From an uncultured virus (IMG/VR IMGVR_UViG_3300028833_000090) (taxonomy: Duplodnaviria; Heunggongvirae; Uroviricota; Caudoviricetes), in IMG/VR virus record IMGVR_UViG_3300028833_000090: 64,000 nucleotides of DNA, one strand, 5' to 3'. The position numbers and the translations under genes were made by a program. This document shows, piece after piece, positions 28,087-39,272 of this stretch. Positions within the stretch are counted from its first letter, which is position 1. Each line of letters begins with the position of its first letter. A model generated the notes under the pieces. That model did no database searches, had not been told where the DNA came from, and was given only the letters and a program-made list of their open reading frames with translations.

Positions 28087-28347
28087 CTACTTCTTTTTCT
28101 TTTTTGGAATAGGAGTAGTTCTTTTTTGTGTTGTATTAATTCTGCGAACAATACGTCCTTGTGATAAATCATATGCGGATATTGATACTTCGACTTTATC
28201 ACCTACCGTCACATTTATCTTGGCATTAGTCATTCTACCAGATACCGTACAAGTGCATTCATGTCCGTTTGCTAATTGGACTTGAAATTTACCGTAACCA
28301 TGTGTAGCAACAACATCACCTTCTTTTATTATCTCGGTATTTTTCAT
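28087..28347 (-). CDS. infA: Translation initiation factor IF-1
   Basis: EGDVV...FQVQLANG...VSGRM...I.VTVGDKVEVSISAYDLSQGRIV.R. Confidence 0.93.
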   Translation of the reverse strand: MKNTEIIKEGDVVATHGYGKFQVQLANGHECTCTVSGRMTNAKINVTVGDKVEVSISAYDLSQGRIVRRINTTQKRTTPIPKKKKK

Positions 28348-28349
28348 TT

Positions 28350-30161
28350 CTATTCAGATTTTTTCTCCTCAGTTGATGGGTAATTATCCACATCAATTGA
28401 GATTTGAGTCTTATAGAATTTTCTACTGAGAATATTTGCTTTTAGTGTATCTGAAATATTCTCCTTTCCGAGATAATTCTTAATGTCGTTATAAGTAATT
28501 ACCATATTGGCTCTAATTATCTTACCAACTGTAGCCTTATCATACGGATTCTTAACTATATTATAGTTTTGAACTCCTATACCATTAAATATAATAGCAT
28601 TATTTACCATTTCACCAATTACTTTTGCGAGTTCATCACCATAAGTAATATTAGTGTCACCGGGCAGTTTAACACCATTCTTAAATACATCTTCATCTAC
28701 TTTTAGATTACAAATGATAGGTGTATTCGCGATATAAGGTATATTAGAATAATTAACATAACGATCATAATTCTCCCAGTTAGCAAATATAAAGGATGTT
28801 TGATCCTTTACTTCATTCCTAACTTTTGTAAACAAATCATTAAAGTTAACAATATGTGAATTTAGGTAACTTAGTGCTGTTTCATAAGAGTTACTATGCT
28901 TTAGTAGTCTGCTAATGAATAGAGCAGATTTCTTAATCACAGAAATAGACTCTATTGGGAGATCGTATGAAATTGAAGGATTTAGTAGATCGGGATCGAA
29001 TAGTATAAATTCCTTTAACCTCTCTTCAAGAACCCTCTTAAGTAATTCAGTAATTTCTGGAACTACGTCTTCAGTTGAGGGATTCTTTAGTGAAGATAGG
29101 TATAACAAATTCTCAACTACATCTCCATATTGACAAGATTCGCAGTTTAGAATTGAAGGAACTGATTCCCTATGCTTAAATTCACCAAATCCGAACGCTT
29201 TAACTGTATTCTCAGCTAATTTATTTAGGTCAAGGGGATTATTGTTAATCTCATCCTCACTAAATACTTTATCTATTTCAAAAGCAGGATATACTTCAGT
29301 TGTAGGAATCATCTGAATTGAATAATCATTAAGATCATCATATATATCAATGAACCTATCGTTTAGTGACTTAAAGTCCGAACAGTTATCCTTTATCGTG
29401 AAATAAACACTACAAAAATCCGAAGTAATAGAATCGAAAGTTACATAAGGGTTATTGGTATTGTTTAAAATATCAACAACTGATTTTACGAAACTACATT
29501 CATTATTCGGTTTCTTTGTAGCCTTTTCTGCATCTAAACCTTCTTTAAGAAGTTTATTAGCATCCCCACCTATATCATATTTACCTATAATAGTAAACTG
29601 ATTACCAAGTGAATCAACGTACTTATGACCTAGCTTCCAACTCTTTGTTCTCTTTGAGCCAAAAGCCGCAGCTGTAGAGAATATCATATACTTACTTCCG
29701 TTTTTCAGAGCGGATTTGTATACATCACCAAGATCTCTGTTTAAGAAAAATGGGACTCCTATGCATTTTTGATTAAATGCTACACAAACCCCATCATAAC
29801 TATCATCAGATTGTTTTGTAGATAACCTGGATAATTCAGCTAAACAGTTATAAAAATATGTAGATGATCTTGTATCAATAAAATCAAATACGCACTCCAA
29901 CCAAGCTCCTTTACCAACATTGCTTGATGAAATTAAGTATCTATCACCATCAATTTTAAACTTAATGTTAAAATTTGCTATTGTCTTTGTACTCGTTGAG
30001 GAAAGACAATTTTTTACACCATTACCTTTCAGATTATCACAATAGGCTTTAGTTACCTTTGGAACATCCCAATCTGGCGTAATTACAACTTTATTATCAG
30101 GTCCTATATATACTACAAGACTCTGTGGTACAAACAAATCGTTCTTTAATTCGTTAATCAT
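28350..30161 (-). CDS. Large hypothetical protein, GHxY paralog family
   Basis: MINEL..FVPQSLVVY; WKLGHKY...IIGKY. Confidence 0.85.
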   Translation of the reverse strand: MINELKNDLFVPQSLVVYIGPDNKVVITPDWDVPKVTKAYCDNLKGNGVKNCLSSTSTKTIANFNIKFKIDGDRYLISSSNVGKGAWLECVFDFIDTRSSTYFYNCLAELSRLSTKQSDDSYDGVCVAFNQKCIGVPFFLNRDLGDVYKSALKNGSKYMIFSTAAAFGSKRTKSWKLGHKYVDSLGNQFTIIGKYDIGGDANKLLKEGLDAEKATKKPNNECSFVKSVVDILNNTNNPYVTFDSITSDFCSVYFTIKDNCSDFKSLNDRFIDIYDDLNDYSIQMIPTTEVYPAFEIDKVFSEDEINNNPLDLNKLAENTVKAFGFGEFKHRESVPSILNCESCQYGDVVENLLYLSSLKNPSTEDVVPEITELLKRVLEERLKEFILFDPDLLNPSISYDLPIESISVIKKSALFISRLLKHSNSYETALSYLNSHIVNFNDLFTKVRNEVKDQTSFIFANWENYDRYVNYSNIPYIANTPIICNLKVDEDVFKNGVKLPGDTNITYGDELAKVIGEMVNNAIIFNGIGVQNYNIVKNPYDKATVGKIIRANMVITYNDIKNYLGKENISDTLKANILSRKFYKTQISIDVDNYPSTEEKKSE

Positions 30162-30712
30162 AACTTTTTATTTAGTTCGTTTGTTATTTTTATTTTACTT
30201 TTTACTGAGTTAAATTTAAATTTGGTACATCCCTTTAATACCTCTATAGCCAAAGTTCGTCCTCTTTCTAAGGATATCTTTAAATCTTTTACTACTTCTG
30301 GAAATCGATTTTTTATTTCATCAACTCCAAGATTCATTGTATTGTCCTTTTGGAGAATCTTATCTACCTCAGAATCAATATCTTCCTCCTCTATGAGAGT
30401 TACGAGGGCTTGGTCATACTTTCTTTGTTTTACGTTAGGGTTTAATAATCCCCTACAAATAAACAGATGACCATTACTTATTTTAACCGCCTCACTTAAT
30501 TGGGGAATTTCCAGACATTCTCTATTAAATCGAATTTCTACAAATTCTTCTAAAGAATTACATACTTCTTTATCTACTATATTAGAAGTGCGGGTAGCCG
30601 AGACATAACCCTGATCATACTCAGATAATGTTGTATTTACTCGGCTAGCCGCTGCCTTCAATGCCGCAACTAATTCGCTACTTAGCTTACTTGGATCCTT
30701 TCGTCTTCCCAT
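30158..30712 (-). CDS. Hypothetical protein
   Basis: 184-aa ORF, coupled to neighbours. Confidence 0.8.
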   Translation of the reverse strand: MGRRKDPSKLSSELVAALKAAASRVNTTLSEYDQGYVSATRTSNIVDKEVCNSLEEFVEIRFNRECLEIPQLSEAVKISNGHLFICRGLLNPNVKQRKYDQALVTLIEEEDIDSEVDKILQKDNTMNLGVDEIKNRFPEVVKDLKISLERGRTLAIEVLKGCTKFKFNSVKSKIKITNELNKKL

Positions 30713-31390
30713 TTACAAAGTTTCTATTACAGGGTTTAGTCCTAATATGTTTTTAATAAACACTACTTTATTTACAATAACATTCATGTCGTATGGTGTT
30801 ATTGTAAATTCTTTCAACAGAATTCTGTTATTATCTTTAACAGTGAAGTCAATCTTTTGGTCAGGGTATAGACTATTTTCTATTACATAATCACCGTCTC
30901 CTATTGAAGGATTGTTTATGTATAACATATTATAAGAATAATCTAGTTTGCCTGAAATAAGAACTCTAGATTTATGAGAAACATTATGAATGAATTTAGT
31001 TACAGTAGGTTTCTTAAAAACCCTCCAATTACCAAGATATAGTTGTTTATCACTATTCTCAACTAACTGTTTCCTGATATCATTCTCACAATCTTTAAAT
31101 CTATTTTCAAGATAAAATCCATTAATTAAATCGATTTTATCTGTTGATCGAGAACCATATCTACTGTATTCTCTTGTGTTTTTAAAAAGAGATACTGGAA
31201 TGTTCTCATTATTTATCTCTAGCATTAAATAATTAATGCCGTTTGAAAGATCTCGTATAGTTATTGAACCAGCCGGAACAGTTGATTTAATCACTGCAAA
31301 TTCAGTGTTTAGTAAAACCACACTACGATCTTTCAAAGGATCTTTAATCTCTTTACGATATATATCAAATGTTATTGGAAATATTTTCAT
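30713..31390 (-). CDS. Hypothetical protein
   Basis: 225-aa ORF. Confidence 0.8.
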   Translation of the reverse strand: MKIFPITFDIYRKEIKDPLKDRSVVLLNTEFAVIKSTVPAGSITIRDLSNGINYLMLEINNENIPVSLFKNTREYSRYGSRSTDKIDLINGFYLENRFKDCENDIRKQLVENSDKQLYLGNWRVFKKPTVTKFIHNVSHKSRVLISGKLDYSYNMLYINNPSIGDGDYVIENSLYPDQKIDFTVKDNNRILLKEFTITPYDMNVIVNKVVFIKNILGLNPVIETL

Positions 31391-31393
31391 TTG

Positions 31394-33118
31394 TTATTCA
31401 CAAGTACAATAGTTAATATAAACAGGATTAGAATAAATTAGCCTATTAATCCAGTCATTGCCCATAACTTTTTGACAGCAATCGAGTACTGTACAAATAT
31501 AGTTATGTTCATTATCTTCTAATGAATCTTTATATTTGTTCATTAGTGGAAGTAACTCAGAGAATCTGAACCAGTAATACTGAATACCATTTACCTCAGC
31601 TTTTTCAAAGTACTTAGAATTAGTTACATCGGCTAATTTAGCGAGTTCAGGGTATTTTCCACCGAAAACAGTACCTAAATCAGTTAAATAAGTATCTAAT
31701 GCTCCTTGAATTCCAGCCGAAATTTCTGGATCATCTACTTTACCTGAATCAATGTCCTCTAAAGTTATATTCCTCATGCTATAAGCGCGAGCTTCATCCT
31801 TTAGGGAAAGAATAATACTCTTCATTAAATCCTTTCTCTTCTGTTCGTCGTCACTTACAGCTGTAATTCTGTTAACAAGAATATATCTTCCGTCAAAACT
31901 GTTGATAGAACTTGTCTTTACAGAACAAGAGAAGTATACTTTACTGCCATCGAATCTAACACCGAAATTATAAGATCTATCTTTACAATCAATGTTTTTG
32001 TATCGAGTCTCTATCACGGGACAGTTCAATGTATAATCGAATACTGTTACCGGACTATTAACCCAACCTTCTACATCTAATTGATAATCGTATAATGTTA
32101 ATCCCGTATCTTTATCAATAGTTTTTATAAATTCTGAATCAACTGATCTTGTCATATTGAATGAGTTTTCAGCTACATCAGAGAATAAAGAAACCTCAGA
32201 AGAGAGTTGAGCCCTAATCAATTTAGCATCACTAGGAGATGATTTACCCATATAATCTTTTATTAACATGTCACAGGTTAGCGTTACATTCTCATCAGCA
32301 ACTTTATCTAACACTATACCATGTTTAACAAGACTATCATAAACCTCACAATTACTACCTTCTGATACTGGGTAAATTTCTGAATACTGTCCTAAAATGA
32401 AATCTGCTAATGTTTCATCATTTTCTAGCACATTCTTTTCCATGTAATCAGAATTACTTGCAGATACTGTATCAACTACAATAAAATCATCCGTATCTAA
32501 CCTACGCTCTTTTACCATAGTTTCATAATAATCATTACTATCTCCCGGATCTATTAAACCTGCATTAACTAGCGTTGTAAATATTACATCAGGGTCAATT
32601 GTATTAATTGATAGAAAAGTATCAACTACTCTATCAAAAGTAAATACAACATCATCAAGACGAAAATATCTTAACAACAATAACCTAAGAGGCTTAACAG
32701 ATTCTACATAATACTTAATTAATAATCTTTTAGATTCTTCTAATTCCTTTTTGTTATGAAATTTGAAGATTCTTGCTAGATATATTGAATTACTATATGG
32801 ATTTACGTCGTAAATCAAAAGAGATAATGCATAATTAATTTTCTCAATGATTGTATAGTGATCACTAGAAAAGTAAAAACCTCTCTTACTATCATAATCA
32901 TCCTCATTAGCATTATTAACATAGAGTACATTATTTATTACCCTACATTCAAGCTGAGGGTAATCATGAATATCTAATTTATCTGGTAGTTTCCTTTGGG
33001 AAAGAATGCATACGTGGTCAGAAGAAGAATTACCATGTCTGGTTCTCCATCTAACCTTCATACCCGGTATATACTCAATACCAAGCTCCTTTAAGTAATT
33101 TTTAATAATATTTATCAT
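31394..33118 (-). CDS. Hypothetical protein
   Basis: 574-aa ORF. Confidence 0.85.
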   Translation of the reverse strand: MINIIKNYLKELGIEYIPGMKVRWRTRHGNSSSDHVCILSQRKLPDKLDIHDYPQLECRVINNVLYVNNANEDDYDSKRGFYFSSDHYTIIEKINYALSLLIYDVNPYSNSIYLARIFKFHNKKELEESKRLLIKYYVESVKPLRLLLLRYFRLDDVVFTFDRVVDTFLSINTIDPDVIFTTLVNAGLIDPGDSNDYYETMVKERRLDTDDFIVVDTVSASNSDYMEKNVLENDETLADFILGQYSEIYPVSEGSNCEVYDSLVKHGIVLDKVADENVTLTCDMLIKDYMGKSSPSDAKLIRAQLSSEVSLFSDVAENSFNMTRSVDSEFIKTIDKDTGLTLYDYQLDVEGWVNSPVTVFDYTLNCPVIETRYKNIDCKDRSYNFGVRFDGSKVYFSCSVKTSSINSFDGRYILVNRITAVSDDEQKRKDLMKSIILSLKDEARAYSMRNITLEDIDSGKVDDPEISAGIQGALDTYLTDLGTVFGGKYPELAKLADVTNSKYFEKAEVNGIQYYWFRFSELLPLMNKYKDSLEDNEHNYICTVLDCCQKVMGNDWINRLIYSNPVYINYCTCE

Positions 33119-33306
33119 AATTTTGGAATTTTTTACTGGTTTATACCATTTGTAAGAAAATCAAGGTTTCCTGTTATCAATAACTGAAAGCCTTATTAAT
33201 GAAAGCTTATTATAAAGCTTTACTTGAGAATATTTAAACTGACAAAGTTTAGATATTCTCTTTTAATTTTCTAGATTTATTAACTAATAAAAACTACTTT
33301 CATACT

Positions 33307-35097
33307 ATGAAACAGGAAAATCAGTTCAAGGCTGACCTTTTCAAGGAAAACTTGAAGAAAACCTTGAACTTCTTCAAACCGTTATTTAGCGATCTCGGTT
33401 TGAAGATCTGGATGATACTGGCTGCTATGGCACTGGTATCGGCTAGTTCAACCATAATGATCTGGTTGAACGGTCATCAGGTAGATCTTCTTACTAATGT
33501 AAGAGAGAATATTAATGAGGAGATAATAATGATTATTATCATCTTCGTATTCTACTCTTCTAAGAAGATCTTCTCGTCGCTGCTGGATTATGCATTCAGT
33601 ATGCAGATGAGAAAGAGCTGGGTTAAGTTTCAGCTCGCTCTGATAGCAGATATCCTGCTTGGAAGAGTCGAAATGTACGCCGATAAAGGATCGGAAGATA
33701 TTCGTAACAGAGTATCTAGCGGTTCTGAAATTCGGAATGCAATTCGATGGATCCCACAGGGATTATCATCTATCATTTGTGGTATCGTAGCAATGGTATG
33801 GTCCACAAGTGCTAGCTTGGTGTTCTTAATCATCAATGTCTTAGACATCGCCTTCAATTGGTGGATTGTCCTCAAGACAGAGCCTAAGAACATTAAGATC
33901 GGTAATAGGCATGCCGACTGGAGTTCCAAAAAAGGCGGAATAATCAAAGATGCTCTTGAGCAATTCTTTGATATCCATCTTCAGGGAACCGAAAAATCGG
34001 TTATGAACCGAATAAGGTGGGCAGCTAAATTGGATCTCAAAGGTGCAGATTTGGAATGCACCCTTGAGAAAAAGTTCAGAATAATATGCGGAATCGAGAA
34101 TTCAATCGTTCTTGTATTATTCTACATCCTTGGCATATATCTAGTATATACAGGGGAGTTATCAATCGGTTTTTACACCATGATAATTCTCTCAAGAGGA
34201 TACGTAGATGATGCTAGCGACGCGATCCAGTCATTTATTGCCTGGACACTTCCCAAACTTACCGTAGCAGCTGAGCGTATTGACGCCCTGAGAGCTTACG
34301 GTAAGCAAGAATATGGATGGTGTAACCTTGAAAGTGATGCAATTCATCACATCGAGATAAAAAATCTGAAATATTCTTACAATAACGAAGGAACTGACGA
34401 AAAGACATTGGTTCTAGATGGTGTATCAATGAGTCTCTTTGTTGGTAAAACATACGCTATTGTGGGTAGGAGCGGCAGTGGCAAGACTACACTAGCTAAA
34501 TGTCTTACAAGACTGCATGAACTGCAAGAGGGTAAGATATTAATTAATGGTAGGATTGAGATGAAGGAGATTGACAGAGACACACTTCCTAGAATAATAG
34601 GAATGGTTTCTCAGAGATCCAACGTCTTTAATGGGACCATTAGAGATCAATTTTCAGATCTTCCAAACTATTCCTATGAAAGGATGGTAGAAGCTTTGAA
34701 AATTGTAGGTCTGTGGGACGATATCATATCTAAACCGAAAGGTGTTGACACCAAAATCGGTGAGAAAGGTATGAAATTGTCTGGTGGCCAAGTTCAAAGG
34801 CTGGCAATAGCTATTGTTCTAATGCAGGATCCAAAAATCCTGATTATGGACGAGGCTACCTCAGCTCAGGACTCCGCAACTCAGGCTGAGATTTATAACA
34901 ACCTTCGTAAAAGCGGATGGCTGAAGCGTAAGATTGTTATAATCATTGCACATCGTCTTTCAACAATCTCCAATGCTGACGAAATCTTCGTTCTTGGAGA
35001 TGAAGGTAAACTTGTTGGTTCTGGTAACCATACAAGCTTACTCGAAACATGTGATTATTACAAGAAGCTCGTAAAAGAAGAAAAGGGCAACCTGTAA
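33307..35097 (+). CDS. ABC exporter, fused TMD-NBD (MsbA/MdlB type)
   Basis: N-terminal TM helices; GRSGSGKT, Q-loop VSQ, LSGGQ, ILIMDEATSA, IAHRLSTI. Confidence 0.93.
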   Translation: MKQENQFKADLFKENLKKTLNFFKPLFSDLGLKIWMILAAMALVSASSTIMIWLNGHQVDLLTNVRENINEEIIMIIIIFVFYSSKKIFSSLLDYAFSMQMRKSWVKFQLALIADILLGRVEMYADKGSEDIRNRVSSGSEIRNAIRWIPQGLSSIICGIVAMVWSTSASLVFLIINVLDIAFNWWIVLKTEPKNIKIGNRHADWSSKKGGIIKDALEQFFDIHLQGTEKSVMNRIRWAAKLDLKGADLECTLEKKFRIICGIENSIVLVLFYILGIYLVYTGELSIGFYTMIILSRGYVDDASDAIQSFIAWTLPKLTVAAERIDALRAYGKQEYGWCNLESDAIHHIEIKNLKYSYNNEGTDEKTLVLDGVSMSLFVGKTYAIVGRSGSGKTTLAKCLTRLHELQEGKILINGRIEMKEIDRDTLPRIIGMVSQRSNVFNGTIRDQFSDLPNYSYERMVEALKIVGLWDDIISKPKGVDTKIGEKGMKLSGGQVQRLAIAIVLMQDPKILIMDEATSAQDSATQAEIYNNLRKSGWLKRKIVIIIAHRLSTISNADEIFVLGDEGKLVGSGNHTSLLETCDYYKKLVKEEKGNL

Positions 35098-35265
35098 TAT
35101 AATTAGAACTCAATCGTTGAAATATATGGTTGGGTTCTTTTTTTTTTGTTCTTGAAATAATACTTTTGCTCATATTTTCCTATTCAATCCTTATGATTGA
35201 GCTTAAGGGATTAGAGCTATTTAAAGTTAATCCTATTATTGTTTAATTTTCCTAAAAAATAGAGA

Positions 35266-35997
35266 ATGGAAAATACAAATCAAAAGATGGATAGTTTGTA
35301 CGGTAAAATCTATCCTTTCTATCTTGAAAATAACCGTCTATCTAATTACCTCGTATACCAGGTTTATTCACCAGGTATCGATAATTCTACTAATCCTTAT
35401 TTATCGCTTAAGTTGATTAGTGAAAATCTTCCCTTTAACAGCAAGAAAGATAAGATTCCGACAAGAGAAGAACTTATGACTTATAAGTTAAACGACTTGA
35501 AGATCTTTAATTACAGCGTTAAAGATAATGAATCATCAACAGGAGTCGAACTAGGTAATGCAGCAATGGACTCTGTTAGTGAAATGCTGAAGAAATTTAA
35601 AGCGGAGTCTGCATCAGACTTTAAGATTTATCAAGATAAACCAGGAGAATTTCCGAGGTTTACCTTTAATAAATATACTAACGATCCTCAAAAGAGCGTT
35701 ATTATATATCTCAGAAATTCAATTAGATGGACTAAATATAAATTTGCACCAGGTAGTTTAATCGATGTACTTTGGACTCCTGATACATTTGTAGTATTTA
35801 AGATAGAAGGTACAGATACTGAGATGTGGCTAACCCCACAATCAATGTATAAACTTAGTGATTTTGATCTAAAAAATCCTATGTCCGTCAAGAATATTAA
35901 CTTCACATCAGAGGTTTTCTCTAGAGAGAAATCTAAAATTAGCGACTTTAATAATGCTATAAAGTTGCTTGAGTGGAAATCCTTTGATAGGAAGTAG
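35266..35997 (+). CDS. Hypothetical protein
   Basis: 243-aa ORF. Confidence 0.8.
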   Translation: MENTNQKMDSLYGKIYPFYLENNRLSNYLVYQVYSPGIDNSTNPYLSLKLISENLPFNSKKDKIPTREELMTYKLNDLKIFNYSVKDNESSTGVELGNAAMDSVSEMLKKFKAESASDFKIYQDKPGEFPRFTFNKYTNDPQKSVIIYLRNSIRWTKYKFAPGSLIDVLWTPDTFVVFKIEGTDTEMWLTPQSMYKLSDFDLKNPMSVKNINFTSEVFSREKSKISDFNNAIKLLEWKSFDRK

Positions 35998-36065
35998 ATT
36001 ACAGACTAAAAAAGAAAATAGAAGAACTTATTTAAATAAGTTCTTCTATTTTTTATTCTTCCTTC

Positions 36066-38351
36066 TTAATCTAAATTATTTTCAAATTTAGAAAGAATTT
36101 TCATAAACCAATTCTTTTTCTGTTTCTCAGGTTCAGATTTAGCTTTTTTCTTGAGAATATCTAAGTAAGTATCGTCAGACTTGTTTCTACTTTCAAGCTT
36201 CTCATGTACCTCCTTTTGAAATTCATCCCCTAATTTCGAATTTTCACTGGTAAAGTCCCATATACATCTTTCCAATTCTTTTTCAGTATAAGAACCTTTT
36301 TCAGCAAGATGACTAGCAATCCAAGCAATCATAGGAGAGTATTTATCTATTTTCTCTTCTACATATTTTTTGATTTCTACAACATTCTCCTGAATCTTGT
36401 TCATTATCTCAGGATCATCAAATCCAAGTGGGACACCATCAGGTCTTTCCCCTCTACCAAATGCTATAGGAGTTAAATAACCTTCTTTAAAATACGCATA
36501 GGAAATTTCATTCCAGATCGTTTTTATATCACTACTACTCCCAAGAGAGCATAATTCTTTTGGAAGTACTTTTCTTTCTGCTATCCAACCACCCATAGCG
36601 ATTTTAATATCAGAAATGGTTGAGTCAATATTAGATAAACATCTTCTTTTAATGTCATCAATATTTCTCATACAGAAACCTCCACCATCTGCAGATGAGG
36701 TAGTTATAATGCTAGATGGAAGTTTACCTGTTTCAAGAGCAGTCATTACAGCATGACCTAACTCATGAACTGCTTTTAGGTATCTGTTAGGATCATTCTT
36801 AGGGTTTCTTAATTTACCTAAACAAAGCGGATAAGTAATATCTTTCTCCTTAGAATTACCTTGATCATCCGAAATCTTAATATGGATAGTCGCGTTATCA
36901 CATTTAAACTCTGGATCATCCGATTTAAGCTCTATATCAGCCTTATTAAATTTCCAATTAAGGTTGCTTTCTTTTAGACCATTTATTTCACCAAAGACAA
37001 ACCCAAAGGCTGAAACTGTAGAAAGAACTGGTCTAATTCCCTGTGTCGGAAATACTCCTTCATAATAAAGAAGATCAAGAATATTAGGTGAATAATTAAT
37101 CACCATATTAGAGCTAATAGAGAAACAAGCTACATCATTTTCCCAGTATCTCTTAATAATCTGTTTAAAAGTATCTTTAGAAAATGCTGGATAAATGATA
37201 TAGTTATTACCGAATCTGGCTAACTGTTCTGACCTGAATCTTGCCAAAAGAGCATGCTTAACATCATTTACATTAACATCCTTTGTAAGTCTGTGAAATA
37301 CATCAGCATCTACATCAGGATCCAAATCTTTCGACATACTAAAAGCTTCATCGAGGTTACCAATCAAGAAAATGACTGATTTCCTGAAGCTGATATGATG
37401 AGGAGAATTTATAAACTTGATTATATCTTCAAAAGTATCACAATACTCCCTTAATGTCTGTTTCTTTGTTATTGATGTTAAAAACTGTTCAACTTTGTTA
37501 GGAGTTGACAACTCATTAAGAGCAGATCTCATGTCTTCCCTAACCCTGAACGGAGCCATTGAAAGAGTTACAGTATCCTCATCTTCTGGATCTTTATTAG
37601 GAACAATCTCAAATGTAAGATCCATTATTCTTTCAAATGATTTTTCAGAATCTTGATAAAAAGAATTTAACTCATTAATAGGTTTGTACTCTTTTTCCTC
37701 ATTTTCTGATCTAGTTAAATTTTTTCTTTGATCTGAAACAAATTTTAACTTTATTAAGGTATCAACAACGCCTTTGTCTGTTGTTAATGCATTCTCAACA
37801 ATTGCATCAGGGTGATAAGGAAGTACATACTTCGTTAATACCTGAAGACATTTTTCATAACGCGCCTTATCACTAGCTCCAGTAGGAATGTAATCTACAT
37901 AACCGTTATCAATGATTTTATAAAGTTCATTGAATTCCGAGTCTTGTTCATTACCATCCTCATCTTTTGTTCTGAGTTGCTGAATTTCATCAATTATCAA
38001 AATTGAATCTTCAGGGACATCAGTTATTGATTTAAAGTTATCCCAATCAGCAAAACCTAAGCTTTGAAGAAGTACCTTAGCTGGCCTGGTGTCACTACTT
38101 GATTTTGTACTAACTCCAATAGGTACGTTTGTAGTACGATCCTGTAGGTTTAGTAATTCAATCATTCTTGTAATGACAGAAGTCTTACCTACACCTGTCA
38201 TACCAAAAATAGGCACAACGATAGGTCTGACAATATTATCGTTCCAAGAAGCCATGATATTGATGAGTTTATCGATTATTTCATCAATACCGATAAATTC
38301 TGATTTTAATTGAGCACTTACTTGCTCTAATTTGGCTTTAGGTATATTCAT
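36066..38351 (-). CDS. Soluble AAA+ ATPase fused to M41 (FtsH-type) peptidase
   Basis: GMTGVGKT, LIIDE, FRSEQLARFG; AVHELGHA...MGGWIAE...GSSSD. Confidence 0.85.
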   Translation of the reverse strand: MNIPKAKLEQVSAQLKSEFIGIDEIIDKLINIMASWNDNIVRPIVVPIFGMTGVGKTSVITRMIELLNLQDRTTNVPIGVSTKSSSDTRPAKVLLQSLGFADWDNFKSITDVPEDSILIIDEIQQLRTKDEDGNEQDSEFNELYKIIDNGYVDYIPTGASDKARYEKCLQVLTKYVLPYHPDAIVENALTTDKGVVDTLIKLKFVSDQRKNLTRSENEEKEYKPINELNSFYQDSEKSFERIMDLTFEIVPNKDPEDEDTVTLSMAPFRVREDMRSALNELSTPNKVEQFLTSITKKQTLREYCDTFEDIIKFINSPHHISFRKSVIFLIGNLDEAFSMSKDLDPDVDADVFHRLTKDVNVNDVKHALLARFRSEQLARFGNNYIIYPAFSKDTFKQIIKRYWENDVACFSISSNMVINYSPNILDLLYYEGVFPTQGIRPVLSTVSAFGFVFGEINGLKESNLNWKFNKADIELKSDDPEFKCDNATIHIKISDDQGNSKEKDITYPLCLGKLRNPKNDPNRYLKAVHELGHAVMTALETGKLPSSIITTSSADGGGFCMRNIDDIKRRCLSNIDSTISDIKIAMGGWIAERKVLPKELCSLGSSSDIKTIWNEISYAYFKEGYLTPIAFGRGERPDGVPLGFDDPEIMNKIQENVVEIKKYVEEKIDKYSPMIAWIASHLAEKGSYTEKELERCIWDFTSENSKLGDEFQKEVHEKLESRNKSDDTYLDILKKKAKSEPEKQKKNWFMKILSKFENNLD

Positions 38352-38366
38352 AATATTTATATGATA

Positions 38367-38783
38367 TTAAACTAAGTTTCTAAAAAGATCCATAACATCG
38401 TTTCTTAATTCTGCTCCTGTTATGAATGTTATTGTGTATTGTCCTGGGAATAGTTCATTATTTGTAGGTAATTGACATAAATCTGTACCACCCACATTAA
38501 TAGATCTACTTTCCGTGACAACATAAGGATTATCTTCTTTATTCGTTTTTACCATAGTAAACTTATAAGAAGGTCCTTTTATTACTATTCCTGTTTTATC
38601 TTCATTAGTTTTATTTTGTTCAGATATATAATGATACTCTACCTGAACCTGATCTTTTGCTTCTGTAATAAATCTTTGAAGATAAAATGCCTCTATATTC
38701 AAATCATCTCTTTTAGAGTATTCTACGATTTTTTCGTAGAGAGGCTCCCCTGAACTTAAAAATAGATTAAATTTTTCTGACAT
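38367..38783 (-). CDS. Hypothetical protein
   Basis: 138-aa ORF. Confidence 0.75.
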   Translation of the reverse strand: MSEKFNLFLSSGEPLYEKIVEYSKRDDLNIEAFYLQRFITEAKDQVQVEYHYISEQNKTNEDKTGIVIKGPSYKFTMVKTNKEDNPYVVTESRSINVGGTDLCQLPTNNELFPGQYTITFITGAELRNDVMDLFRNLV

Positions 38784-38897
38784 TTTTTATACTTTTTTAT
38801 TCCTTTATTAGATTTTTAAGGGTTATTCTTCTAATTTATTAAATTTCGATAAAACCGTTAAATACTTATTATTGAAAATTTAATTAATAAAAATAAA

Positions 38898-39272
38898 ATG
38901 TATAAATTAAAAATACCAAAAATAGAAGAGGACAAGGTTGAACTCTATTACGAAGACAAGCTTGTTGGGTACGTTAATTTAGTACAAGCATTAACTATCA
39001 GAAATGATATAAAAAAGTATATCAGAAAAACAGGAGATCGATCAATATTAGATAAAATCTATCTAATAGGTCACGAATATTCAATTCACAATAATATGGG
39101 TAAGAATAAAGTAAAAATTACTCTAAATAATAATTGTGACTTTAGCACTAACTGCTGGGAATTTGGTCAAGTAGGTAGACTAGCTTGTGAATTTATTCAA
39201 TTAGAGAAAGAGGATAGAAAATGCGCAGCCTCAAAGCCATCATCGAAGCCAACGACAACGGCGAAACCTTGA
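38898..39272 (+). CDS. Hypothetical protein
   Basis: 124-aa ORF. Confidence 0.75.
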   Translation: MYKLKIPKIEEDKVELYYEDKLVGYVNLVQALTIRNDIKKYIRKTGDRSILDKIYLIGHEYSIHNNMGKNKVKITLNNNCDFSTNCWEFGQVGRLACEFIQLEKEDRKCAASKPSSKPTTTAKP

